A DNA stretch of 64,000 nucleotides from Escherichia coli (GCF_016026235.1 NZ_CP065613.1), one strand, 5' to 3'. Positions 20,423 to 30,548 are shown, counted from the first letter of the stretch. The notes: generated by a model not told the origin, from the letters alone. Translations and numbers: made by a program.

Positions 20423-21403
20423 ATGGTGACAATAAATAACGCAAGAAAGATTCTACAACGTGTCGACACTCTTCCTCTTTATTTACATGCTTATGCCTTT
20501 CATTTAAATATGCGGCTGGAAAGAGTGTTGCCTGCTGATTTACTTGATATCGCAAGTGAAAATAATCTACGTGGCGTCAAAATCCATGTTCTGGATGGCG
20601 AGCGTTTTTCTCTTGGTAATATGGACGATAAAGAACTCTCTGCCTTTGGAGATAAAGCCCGCCGTCTGAACCTTGATATTCATATTGAAACCAGCGCCTC
20701 AGATAAGGCATCTATTGACGAAGCCGTCGCCATCGCGTTGAAAACTGGGGCATCGTCCGTACGTTTTTATCCACGTTATGAAGGTAATTTGCGCGACGTA
20801 TTAACGATTATCGCTAACGACATTGCCTATGTACGGGAAACGTATCAGGACTGCGGCCTGACTTTTACGATTGAGCAGCATGAAGATTTAAAAAGTCATG
20901 AGCTGGTGTCGCTGGTCAAAGAAAGTGAGATGGAGTCTCTTTCCTTACTGTTTGATTTTGCGAACATGATCAATGCAAATGAGCATCCCATCGATGCCTT
21001 AAAAACGATGGCACCGCATATTACCCAGGTCCATATTAAAGATGCCTTGATCGTTAAAGAACAGGGTGGCCTGGGTCATAAAGCCTGTATTTCAGGTCAG
21101 GGTGATATGCCGTTCAAAGCGTTATTAACGCACCTTATCTGCCTTGGTGATGATGAGCCGCAGGTGACGGCATATGGCCTGGAAGAAGAGGTTGATTACT
21201 ATGCGCCGGCGTTCCGCTTTGAAGACGAAGATGATAATCCGTGGATCCCTTATCGCCAGATGAGTGAAACACCCCTACCAGAAAATCATTTACTGGATGC
21301 GCGGTTACGTAAAGAAAAAGAAGATGCAATTAATCAGATAAATCATGTGCGTAACGTACTACAACAAATCAAACAAGAGGCAAACCATCTTCTGAACCAC
21401 TAA
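20423..21403 (+). CDS. yihM: sugar-phosphate isomerase/epimerase-like TIM-barrel protein YihM
   Basis: 326 aa, recognised as E. coli YihM (xylose-isomerase-like fold family). It starts 8 nt after yihL. Confidence 0.85.
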   Translation: MVTINNARKILQRVDTLPLYLHAYAFHLNMRLERVLPADLLDIASENNLRGVKIHVLDGERFSLGNMDDKELSAFGDKARRLNLDIHIETSASDKASIDEAVAIALKTGASSVRFYPRYEGNLRDVLTIIANDIAYVRETYQDCGLTFTIEQHEDLKSHELVSLVKESEMESLSLLFDFANMINANEHPIDALKTMAPHITQVHIKDALIVKEQGGLGHKACISGQGDMPFKALLTHLICLGDDEPQVTAYGLEEEVDYYAPAFRFEDEDDNPWIPYRQMSETPLPENHLLDARLRKEKEDAINQINHVRNVLQQIKQEANHLLNH

Positions 21404-21504
21404 TAAGTTTTAACTCATACGCAGTTAATAAAACCATTCCATATGAATGGTCGGTATCTTATTGCCTTTAAAACAGTGATTTTAAAAATCGCTTAGGGGA
21501 TGTT

Positions 21505-22770
21505 ATGCTCACGAAAAAGAAATGGGCGTTATTTAGTCTATTAACACTGTGTGGCGGTACAATTTATAAATTACCGTCGCTGAAAGATGCGTTTTATATC
21601 CCGATGCAGGAATATTTCCATTTGACCAATGGTCAAATTGGTAATGCCATGTCGGTAAACTCATTTGTCACCACAGTGGGCTTTTTTCTGTCTATTTATT
21701 TTGCCGATAAACTACCGCGCAGATACACCATGTCATTCTCACTCATTGCGACAGGATTACTGGGTGTTTATTTGACGACAATGCCGGGGTATTGGGGCAT
21801 CCTCTTTGTCTGGGCGCTATTTGGCGTTACTTGCGACATGATGAACTGGCCGGTCTTGCTCAAGTCGGTAAGTCGATTGGGCAATAGCGAACAACAAGGT
21901 CGGTTGTTTGGCTTCTTCGAAACAGGGCGTGGCATTGTCGATACCGTGGTGGCATTTTCTGCGTTGGCAGTATTTACCTGGTTTGGCAGTGGCTTATTGG
22001 GTTTTAAAGCAGGCATCTGGTTCTATTCCCTTATTGTGATTGCCGTAGGCATTATTATTTTCTTTGTCCTGAATGACAAAGAAGAGGCACCGTCCGTTGA
22101 GGTGAAAAAAGAAGACGGAGCATCGCAAAACACCAGTATGACCTCGGTGCTGAGAGACAAAACCATCTGGCTTATCGCTTTCAACGTCTTCTTCGTTTAC
22201 GCGGTTTACTGTGGCCTGACATTCTTCATTCCATTCCTGAAAAACATCTATCTATTGCCCGTTGCGCTGGTGGGGGCTTACGGCATCATTAACCAATACT
22301 GTCTGAAAATGATTGGTGGACCGATTGGTGGCATGATTTCAGATAATATCCTGAAATCGCCGAGTAAATATCTATGCTACACCTTTATCATCAGTACCGC
22401 TGCACTCGTACTGTTGATTATGCTGCCGCACGAAAGTATGCCGGTCTATTTAGGGATGGCATGTACGCTGGGCTTTGGCGCGATAGTCTTTACACAGCGA
22501 GCCGTATTTTTTGCACCTATCGGCGAAGCAAAAATTGCTGAAAATAAAACAGGCGCGGCGATGGCGTTGGGTAGCTTTATTGGTTACGCCCCGGCGATGT
22601 TCTGCTTCAGTCTGTATGGCTACATTCTGGATTTAAATCCGGGGATTATTGGCTACAAAATCGTGTTTGGCATTATGGCCTGCTTCGCATTCTGTGGTGC
22701 GGTGGTTTCCGTAATGCTGGTTAAGCGTATTAGCCAACGTAAGAAAGAGATGCTGGCGGCTGAAGCTTAA
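21505..22770 (+). CDS. yihN: MFS transporter YihN
   Basis: 421 aa, about 12 hydrophobic segments, recognised as E. coli YihN. Confidence 0.88.
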   Translation: MLTKKKWALFSLLTLCGGTIYKLPSLKDAFYIPMQEYFHLTNGQIGNAMSVNSFVTTVGFFLSIYFADKLPRRYTMSFSLIATGLLGVYLTTMPGYWGILFVWALFGVTCDMMNWPVLLKSVSRLGNSEQQGRLFGFFETGRGIVDTVVAFSALAVFTWFGSGLLGFKAGIWFYSLIVIAVGIIIFFVLNDKEEAPSVEVKKEDGASQNTSMTSVLRDKTIWLIAFNVFFVYAVYCGLTFFIPFLKNIYLLPVALVGAYGIINQYCLKMIGGPIGGMISDNILKSPSKYLCYTFIISTAALVLLIMLPHESMPVYLGMACTLGFGAIVFTQRAVFFAPIGEAKIAENKTGAAMALGSFIGYAPAMFCFSLYGYILDLNPGIIGYKIVFGIMACFAFCGAVVSVMLVKRISQRKKEMLAAEA

Positions 22771-22775
22771 TTAAT

Positions 22776-22852
<77 letters not shown>

Positions 22853-22860
22853 GTTTCACA

Positions 22861-23553
22861 TCAGAAGAAATACTTCGTCCCGATACGAATCTGGTTTTGC
22901 TCGCGGTGGTACGGTTCCACGTTGCGATCTAACCAGCGCAATTCAATATAGGGCAGCCAGTGCTCGTTAATGCGGTAACGGAAGGTGTTAGTGATTTCCC
23001 AGTGATGCTTCGTGCCATTGCCGCTATTGAAATCATTAATGTTATAAAAATAATGCGGCTCAAAGGTATATGAGAACTTATCGGTAATAATAAAGTTCCA
23101 GTAGTTGCCAATCTCGTAGCTGTCATTATTATCCAGATCACCGTTTAAATCGGTTGAGCTGTAGTTATTATGGTTAAAACGGTTGCGTACTGTCAGGTTA
23201 AACCACGGAGTAAATTTGTAGTTAACATCCAGATAAACAGCACCACCCGAACCGATACTCTTATCATTAATTAAGCCACCGGGCTGGATGGTTAATTTAT
23301 CGGTTGGTTTAAATAACGGATACCAGCCTTCAATTTCGTTATATCCATGTTTAAGTTCATCTTCTCGCTGAAAGGTGTAGGTATTGGTTAACATAATACC
23401 CGCGCCCATATCGAAGTTATAACCCACACGTAGCATAACCTCGCCCTGATCGGAGGCGAGATTATATGCCTCCCTGTTTTCGACGTATGCGCCAGCGAAT
23501 ACTGAGGCAGAGGTCAGAGAAGATAATAAAATTATTGCATTAATATTTTTCAT
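22861..23553 (-). CDS. ompL: KdgM-family outer-membrane oligosaccharide porin OmpL
   Basis: 230 aa from MKNINAIILLSSLTSASVFA (signal peptide), with beta-strand-rich sequence ending in the ...GTKYFF C-terminal Phe. The ORF-track start at 23619 is an extension. Confidence 0.9.
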   Translation of the reverse strand: MKNINAIILLSSLTSASVFAGAYVENREAYNLASDQGEVMLRVGYNFDMGAGIMLTNTYTFQREDELKHGYNEIEGWYPLFKPTDKLTIQPGGLINDKSIGSGGAVYLDVNYKFTPWFNLTVRNRFNHNNYSSTDLNGDLDNNDSYEIGNYWNFIITDKFSYTFEPHYFYNINDFNSGNGTKHHWEITNTFRYRINEHWLPYIELRWLDRNVEPYHREQNQIRIGTKYFF

Positions 23554-23619
23554 AATAAGTCCATTTTTAAACGTAGGGAGGCCGCCACCCACCAGGATGG
23601 AAATAGCGGCTATTGACAT

Positions 23620-25023
23620 TTATAACGTTACGGAAGCCGTTTTTTCTTCTGTCGCCATCTCTTTATTTTTGCGTTGGTTGATTTCCTCAATAATCAACGC
23701 AAACCGTTTTTCATTGAGTGTGTAAAAGAATCCCATCGTCAATGCAGCAATAATTGCCAGTGCACAAGGCCAGATAAAAATGAGCTGACGCAAACCCTGT
23801 AATGTCGCATCACTTTGCGCGATGTTGGGAACATAACCGATTTGCGTCAGCATAATGCCTGGCAAGAAGCCAGCAAGTGCGGCAGAAATTTTACGAAAGA
23901 AGGTATAACCGGTATAAACAGAACCTTCGGCACGAATACCGGTTTTCCATTCACCGTAATCTACGGTATCTGGCACCAGTGCCCAGTTCAGGCTGTTTAC
24001 AAAGGCCGTGCCAAAAAAGGCGATACAAGAGAACATGACGAAAGTGAAAGAGTTACTTCCCCAGAAATAATTCAGGATATCACCCACTGCCCATAGCACC
24101 ATGCCAGCTAAATAAACCTGTTTTTTACCAAAACATTTTACAGTTAATGGCACCAGTAATACGCCGATGAGGATGCATCCCATACTGAAGAATCCCATCC
24201 ACGACAATAAATTAATATCATTCAGCACATACTGGGTGTAATAGACCTGAATCGCCAGTTTGATATTAAATGCCGCCAGGGTACACAAGTTAGCAATGCA
24301 TAAAACCAGCAATGGCGGATTCCGAAATATCGCGCAAAATGATTTGAGAATACTGGCTTTATGTCCGGTTGGTGCTGTGTCCACATAATGCTCTTTGACG
24401 CCTCTGTAGCACAGCATCATAAAAATAAAGCCACCAATGGAGAACATCAGTGCCGCACAGGCATAACCGACGGTTGAGTCAGAAAAAAGCGACTGCAACG
24501 GAATAAACGCCACGGTACAAATCAATAGCCCTATGGTTGCACCACCCTGGCGGTAAGCCGCGAGCTGCGCGCGCTCATTCGGGTTTTTAGTAATGGCTGG
24601 GATCATCGCACCATACGAGCAGTTCATCAGACTGTATGAAAGTCCAAACATCATAAACAGCGCGGTGGCAATCGTCGTTTTAACCGGCAAACTAAAAGTG
24701 GTGGCGATAAACTGGAGCGTTGCAATTAACGCCGCCGGAACCGCTGCGTATAAAATAAAGGGACGAAATTTGCCTTTAGGCCCAATATTTTTCCGCGAAT
24801 CGAGTAAAAATCCGGTGAGCATATCGGTAAACGCGGTAAAAAACTTCGCCACCAGAAAGATAATCCCGCCATAGTAAGCTGGCATCCCTAATTCATCGGT
24901 ATAAAATTTGAGGAGATACAGAGTACCGATGCTAAGCATTAAATTCGAACCAACGTCGCCCATACCATAGGCGATTTTTTCCCGCAGATTCAGTTTTAAT
25001 GTCAGTGGATTATGGTCAGACAT
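23620..25023 (-). CDS. yihO: GPH-family sugar:cation symporter YihO (sulfoquinovose transporter candidate)
   Basis: 467 aa from MSDHNPLTLK, with SD AAGGAG 5 nt upstream. It is a 12-TM protein and a paralog of YihP. Confidence 0.9.
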   Translation of the reverse strand: MSDHNPLTLKLNLREKIAYGMGDVGSNLMLSIGTLYLLKFYTDELGMPAYYGGIIFLVAKFFTAFTDMLTGFLLDSRKNIGPKGKFRPFILYAAVPAALIATLQFIATTFSLPVKTTIATALFMMFGLSYSLMNCSYGAMIPAITKNPNERAQLAAYRQGGATIGLLICTVAFIPLQSLFSDSTVGYACAALMFSIGGFIFMMLCYRGVKEHYVDTAPTGHKASILKSFCAIFRNPPLLVLCIANLCTLAAFNIKLAIQVYYTQYVLNDINLLSWMGFFSMGCILIGVLLVPLTVKCFGKKQVYLAGMVLWAVGDILNYFWGSNSFTFVMFSCIAFFGTAFVNSLNWALVPDTVDYGEWKTGIRAEGSVYTGYTFFRKISAALAGFLPGIMLTQIGYVPNIAQSDATLQGLRQLIFIWPCALAIIAALTMGFFYTLNEKRFALIIEEINQRKNKEMATEEKTASVTL

Positions 25024-25065
25024 AATCACTCCTTATAACGCCCCGCAGGGCATTGTTTATTATTA

Positions 25066-26451
25066 TTACGCCGTGCGTTTACGGGCTTCTATTTCTTCAA
25101 CAATGCGGACATACATCTTCTCGTTCAGGCTGTAGAAGCAGCCCATCGCCACAATGGTGACTACCGCCAGTGCGCTTGGGTAGATGAAGATCAGCTGGCG
25201 CAACCCTTCAATGGTGTGGTCAGCCTGCGCCACGTTCGGCACATAACCGATTTGCGTCAGCATCCAGCCGGGGAAGAAACCAGCCAGCGCCTGAGACACT
25301 TTGCGAAAGAAGGTGAAGCCGGTGTAGACCGTTCCTTCCGAACGAACGCCGGTACGCCACTCGCCGTACTCGACGGTGTCGGAAACCAGCGCCCAGTTCA
25401 GGCTGTTAACAAACGCTGAGCCGAAGAATGCCAGGCAGGAGAACGCCACGAAGCTGACCGAACCGCCGCCGAAGAAATAGTTGAGCAGATCGCCCAGCAC
25501 CCAAATCAGTAGGCCGCCGATATAGACCTTCTTCTTACCAAAACGCCTGACTGCGCCAGGCATCAGGAACACACCGATGAAAATACAGCCCATGCTGAAA
25601 AATCCCATATATGACAACAGGATGGGATCGTTAAGCACGTACTGGGTGTAATAGACCTGAATGGCGAGCTTGACGTTAAACGCCCCTAAAGTGCAGAGGT
25701 TGGCAATGCACAAAATGAACAGTGGGCGGTTACCGGCAATTGCGCGGAAAGATTGCAACAGGCCTGGCTTTTGCGCCGGATTGGTAGGTTGGGTTTCGAC
25801 ATAACGCTCTTTCACGCCCGAATAGCAGATCCACATAAACAGCAGGCCAAACAGTGAAAACAGCGTGGCGGCGAAGATATAGCCAAGTTGTTGATTACCC
25901 TCGATAAGATTCATAACCGGCACGAATCCCACCGTGCACAGCAGCAGGCCCAGCGTAGCGCCGCCCTGACGCCATGCTGCCAGCGAGGCGCGTTCGTTGG
26001 GGTTTTTGGTAATGGCGGGAACCATTGCGCCGTAGGAGCAGTTCATCATGCTGAAAAACAGCCCGTAGAGCATAAACAGAATAGTGGCCATCACCGTTTT
26101 ACCAGTGACATCGAACGGTGTGCCGATAAAGTTAGCGATTGCCAATAAGGTGACCGGGAATGACGCGTACAAAATGAAAGGGCGGAACTTACCTTTCGGG
26201 CCAATCTTACGCCGGGAATCCAGCATGATGCCGGTTCCCATATCGGTAAAGGCGGTAAAGAATTTCGAGATCAAAAAGATAATGCCGCCATAGGTGCCAG
26301 GTAGCCCCAGAACGTCGGTATAAAACTTCAAAAGATAAAGCGTACCAATATCCAGCAGGATGTTAGAGGCCAGATCGCCGATACCGTAAGAGAGTTTCTC
26401 TTTAAAGGGCAGGCGCAAAGTTGCCGGATCTTCCGTTGTGATGTGACTCAT
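25066..26451 (-). CDS. yihP: GPH-family sugar:cation symporter YihP
   Basis: 461 aa from MSHITTEDPATL, with a GGAGA SD. It shows extensive identity to YihO (LLKFYTD.LG.P..YGGIIFL..KFFTAFTDM). Confidence 0.9.
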   Translation of the reverse strand: MSHITTEDPATLRLPFKEKLSYGIGDLASNILLDIGTLYLLKFYTDVLGLPGTYGGIIFLISKFFTAFTDMGTGIMLDSRRKIGPKGKFRPFILYASFPVTLLAIANFIGTPFDVTGKTVMATILFMLYGLFFSMMNCSYGAMVPAITKNPNERASLAAWRQGGATLGLLLCTVGFVPVMNLIEGNQQLGYIFAATLFSLFGLLFMWICYSGVKERYVETQPTNPAQKPGLLQSFRAIAGNRPLFILCIANLCTLGAFNVKLAIQVYYTQYVLNDPILLSYMGFFSMGCIFIGVFLMPGAVRRFGKKKVYIGGLLIWVLGDLLNYFFGGGSVSFVAFSCLAFFGSAFVNSLNWALVSDTVEYGEWRTGVRSEGTVYTGFTFFRKVSQALAGFFPGWMLTQIGYVPNVAQADHTIEGLRQLIFIYPSALAVVTIVAMGCFYSLNEKMYVRIVEEIEARKRTA

Positions 26452-26496
26452 CGTTATTCTCCATTTGCCCGTGAGTTTCCCCACGGGCGGGCATGA

Positions 26497-28533
26497 TTAG
26501 ATGTTTTTTAACGAGGCGAACAGTGCAGCCCATTCGCTGTCGGCGCGATAAAAGACCGGCGGCTTGCCGATGGGCGCTTCAACAGTTATTTCTCCACCGT
26601 GGAAGGTTTCTCCGGTCCAGGCGTGGACCCAGTTATCCTCTGGCAGATAGAGCGTCCAGTCGCTACGACCTTCTTCGTGTACCGGAGCAACCAGAATGTC
26701 GCGACCTAACAGGTACTGATATTTCAGGGAATAGGTCTGCGCGTCGTCTTCGTAATGCAGGAACAGCGGGCGCATAACCGGCAGGCCGGACTTCGCATTC
26801 AGCGCGACGGCCTCTTTCAGGTAAGGTTTCAGGGTGGTGAAGACGGTGGTCATACGGGCGAAATGGGCGATGGTTTCCGCGTCGCCGTCAAACTGCCAGT
26901 TGTCGCTAGGACGGTTACCTTCGTGGGTGCGCATCATCGGCGTGAAGGCGCTGAAATCGCACCAGCGCAGCAGCAGCTCTTTGCTGCGCTTCATCTCAAA
27001 CAGGGTGGTATAACCGCCAATGTCGCTGTGATGCAGGCCATGTCCGGTCATTGCCAGAGATAGCGCCGCCGGGACAACCGACGCCAGGCCATCGTCCAGA
27101 CTCCAGTCCACGTTCTGGTCACCCGCCCACATCATGGTGGAGTATTTCTGGCTACCGGTAGAACCGGCGCGCATAAAGAAGAGGATCTCGCCGAGCTTGC
27201 CCGTTTCTTCAAGGGCTTCGTAGTTACATTTCGCCCACAGCGCGGGCCAGGCGTTATGCATAATTTCCGCGCTGATGCCGTTATGCAGGTACGTGTCGGT
27301 GGGCAGATACTCGCCGAAGTCAGCCATCCAGCCGCCGCAGCCGAGTTCAATCATGTTCTTTTTGATAACTTCCTTGAACTAGGCGTAGGCTTCCGGATTG
27401 GTGAGATCGACAACGCCGCCGTAGAACTCGCCAAACTCCACCAGATAGTCGCCACCGGCGACATCTTTTGCCAGATAACCGCGCTTTGCCGCCTCTTCGC
27501 AGAGATCTTTATCACTGGCAACATACGGGTTGATATAGGCAAGGAACTGCACGCCCTCTTTGTTCCACTGCTTGATACGCGAATCCAGTTGCGGGTAGTT
27601 TTCGCTGTTCCACTTCCAGTTCCACATCACGCGTTTGCCAAAAGAGGTCATACGAATACCGGACCAGTCCTGCGCCCAGATGCCGTTGACCTTCACGCCC
27701 GCGTTACGCATGGTGTCCAGTTTCTTCTGGCACACTTCCGTCCCGCCCTGAATGCCGAGCGTTACTCCGTCATAAATCCAGTCGGGCAGTTCTGGCTGGC
27801 GTCCCAGCAGGGCGGTTAATTTTTCCAGCAGGGAGATGTATGTGTCAGCACATTCAAAACGCAGCGTTGCTTTGTCTTCCCACAGCGCCAGTTCATGGTA
27901 TTCTGGGGCACTAAAGTCGAAGTTCATATAGCAACTGTTATCAACATGGCAGTAATACTTCTGCGTGCTGACAAACGTAGGCTGTGGGAAGAAAGTCCAG
28001 TAATAGTCGCCGCCCGCATTTTCTTTGCAGTCGGCCTGCCAGGTGACATAGGTTTGTTTGTTGCGACCAACGCCTTGTTCACTGGTCCATAGCGGGAACG
28101 GTTTGCCACGCAGATCGAAGTAGGAAAACTGTTCGCCGCAGCCGTAGATATGGTCCTCTGGTTGAGCGGCAAGGCGCAGCCAGATACGGTTGTGGTTAAG
28201 GTTGTCGTTTTGTAGTTCCAGCAATAAACGGCCCTGATCGTCGGCAGAGATATTCAGCGTGGCGCTAATGTCAGAACCACGGCTGAAATGGATTAACCAA
28301 CCATCCGGCGACTGGCTGACGATGGCGTCGGTAAGCGCAATTTTCTCCTGTAGTTTATCTTTAATGCTGAAATTGCCGCGGAACATATCGATATCCGCAA
28401 TACCTGAACCAATCCATAAACAAGGATTATCTTTGCTATGGGTTAAAATAAGACGCTGTTGAAAATGTAGGGTAAAACTGTCGTTATTCTGATGAAACTG
28501 AAAATCTGGTAATTGTGGGCGTGGCGTATCCAT
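26497..28533 (-). pseudogene. yihQ: sulfoquinovosidase YihQ (GH31) interrupted by an in-frame amber codon
   Basis: The two ORF-track pieces (384 aa and 285 aa) are in the same frame, and the full span is 679 codons. The only defect is TAG at 27379-27381 in the context ...NPEAYA*FKEVIKKNMIELG, where I recall Trp in K-12. The GH31 nucleophile motif WMADFGE lies downstream of the stop. Confidence 0.85.
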
Positions 28534-28641
28534 AAATAATCTCCATAGAGTATAAAGCTAATATTTCATGCCATCCTGTTGTTACAGGTTTCATTAATTA
28601 AAGAATGTGGTGCTGGTATAAATTAAAACCCGCATAAGTGA

Positions 28642-29517
28642 TTATTTACTTTCTTCAGCCCGGCGGATTGCCGCCACTTTTTTACCAAATGCCAGTTGCA
28701 GTATAACTAACAAGGTAAAAGGAGGCAGAAGCGCGGCAGCAGCGGGAATTCCCAGCGCGCCTTTTATCAACATAGAACCGGAGGCAATCAGCAACAAAAA
28801 GACCATCACACGGAACACTTTGACTGAAATGCGTTTATGCACATATTGTCCAACCAGTGAACCGAGGATCATGGTGGGAATACAAAACAGCACCAGTTTA
28901 AAGATAGAAACAGTCAAAATTCCGCTGGTCGCCAGCCCGCCGATCACCGCGATGTTGTTTGCGGTGAAGAAAGCGTTCAGAGTGCCACGAAATGCCGCCG
29001 GGCCTAAGTTACGCAGCATACCGTAGATAACCATCGGCGGTCCGTTGGTTGAAAACGCTGCCCCTAACGCTCCTGCCACAGCGCCGATAGGTGCGGCGAT
29101 CCAGTTGCGGTCATAAATCGGCAGGCGTGGAATAAACATACTGTAAAAGGAGTACAGGATAAGGAATCCGCCTAAGCCCACTTTCATAAAATGGTCGGGT
29201 AAATATGACAGCGCATATAAACCGACGGGTATTCCCAGAAACGAGAAAATAATCAGTACCATTGCCGATCGCCAATCCGTTTCTTTACGTGACAGCCAGG
29301 TGGCGTACAAGGCGGTCGCGGTGCCGACAATCACCGAGAGCGGAGTTGCCATTTTTACGGGGAGCATTAACGTGACGAGCGGCATGGTGGTTAAACCACC
29401 GCCAAATCCCGCGCATATCCCCACAAAGGTATAAAGAAACATTAACGCGATAACGATACATACCACGTTTGTTTCCAGCATGACCCCATCCGGTGAAAAT
29501 AACGTAAAAAAGTCCAT
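28642..29517 (-). CDS. TauE/SafE (TSUP) family anion permease, putative sulfite/organosulfonate exporter
   Basis: 291 aa, about 8 TM segments, two-repeat architecture with GFGGGLTTMP in the first half and GALGAAFSTNGPP in the second. It is co-oriented between yihR and yihQ. Confidence 0.7.
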   Translation of the reverse strand: MDFFTLFSPDGVMLETNVVCIVIALMFLYTFVGICAGFGGGLTTMPLVTLMLPVKMATPLSVIVGTATALYATWLSRKETDWRSAMVLIIFSFLGIPVGLYALSYLPDHFMKVGLGGFLILYSFYSMFIPRLPIYDRNWIAAPIGAVAGALGAAFSTNGPPMVIYGMLRNLGPAAFRGTLNAFFTANNIAVIGGLATSGILTVSIFKLVLFCIPTMILGSLVGQYVHKRISVKVFRVMVFLLLIASGSMLIKGALGIPAAAALLPPFTLLVILQLAFGKKVAAIRRAEESK

Positions 29518-29577
29518 GATATTCCCTGTTGTGTAAATACAACCCTAAACAATGATCTCGTTCTTTTCTTAATAAAA

Positions 29578-30480
29578 TTAATTGTGCTGCCCGTAAATAT
29601 TAAAAAACAGGCGGTGCGTTTTCCCTGGTTCCAGTAATAATAAGTCGAGACCTGAATTAAAGGCGTTAGGTGGGCAACTCATAGGTTCAACTGCCAGTCC
29701 CTGACGCTGTAATTTTTCGCCGCTATAAATCTGCACCCAGGGTTGATCGGAACAAAGGCTTACCGAAAGCGCCTGTTGTGGATGGGTAATGGTTATTTCC
29801 CACAGATCATTAGCGGTTTTAAAGGTGTGGTCGATTTTTGTCGCGGCTATTTTTTTCGCCTGCGTGAAATTTAAATCCAGCTCATCAACGTGGTGAAGCG
29901 TTGTCGGATTAGCGTGCTCATCGACGGCATAAACCTGGTTTGCCGGAAGCTGGAACAGATATTCATCAACAGATGTTAAGTTGCAGGTTAAATAAGGATG
30001 AATACCCACACCATAGGGTGCGGTCACAGTACCAATATTCTGACTTGCGATCTCAACGGAAAGACCCGTGCGTGCATTGAGCGAATAAACAACCTGCGAA
30101 GCCAGCATAAACGGATAGCCGTAACTGGGCGGCAGAAAAGCTGTCAGGGTAACGCTGGTGGCGGTTAATTCGCTGATTTGCCAGTCACGCCAGGCGAGCA
30201 GCCCATGAATAGCGGCTTTTGAACCATGTTCATTAATGGGTAACTGATATTCCTGCCCCTGATAGCGATAACAGCCGTTGGCGATCCGGTTCGGCCACGG
30301 AATAAGGACTTTGCCCAGATGTGCCAGCGGCATCTCTTCGGGTTTATGCGGAATAACTAAATGACAGCCCTGAAAGGTTAATTCAGCCAGACCTGCACCG
30401 ACGGTCACAATGGTCGCGTGATAATCCCCCGCGGCAAGTGAAACGGTCTGTCCACTGCAATGCATGTTGGTGATTTGCAT
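29578..30480 (-). CDS. yihR: aldose-1-epimerase family protein YihR (sulfoquinovose mutarotase)
   Basis: 300 aa, recognised as YihR, with a galactose-mutarotase-like fold. Confidence 0.85.
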   Translation of the reverse strand: MQITNMHCSGQTVSLAAGDYHATIVTVGAGLAELTFQGCHLVIPHKPEEMPLAHLGKVLIPWPNRIANGCYRYQGQEYQLPINEHGSKAAIHGLLAWRDWQISELTATSVTLTAFLPPSYGYPFMLASQVVYSLNARTGLSVEIASQNIGTVTAPYGVGIHPYLTCNLTSVDEYLFQLPANQVYAVDEHANPTTLHHVDELDLNFTQAKKIAATKIDHTFKTANDLWEITITHPQQALSVSLCSDQPWVQIYSGEKLQRQGLAVEPMSCPPNAFNSGLDLLLLEPGKTHRLFFNIYGQHN

Positions 30481-30500
30481 ACGAGGTACCTTTATTGAAT

Positions 30501-30535
30501 AACGACATACCCGGCGTGCAGCCTGATATGTCGTT
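30501..30535. other. intercistronic stem-loop between yihS and yihR
   Basis: A 9-bp perfect stem, aacgacata / tatgtcgtt, with a 17-nt loop. It is flanked by an A-run and a T-run. Confidence 0.4.
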
Positions 30536-30548
30536 TTTTGTTAGTCAG

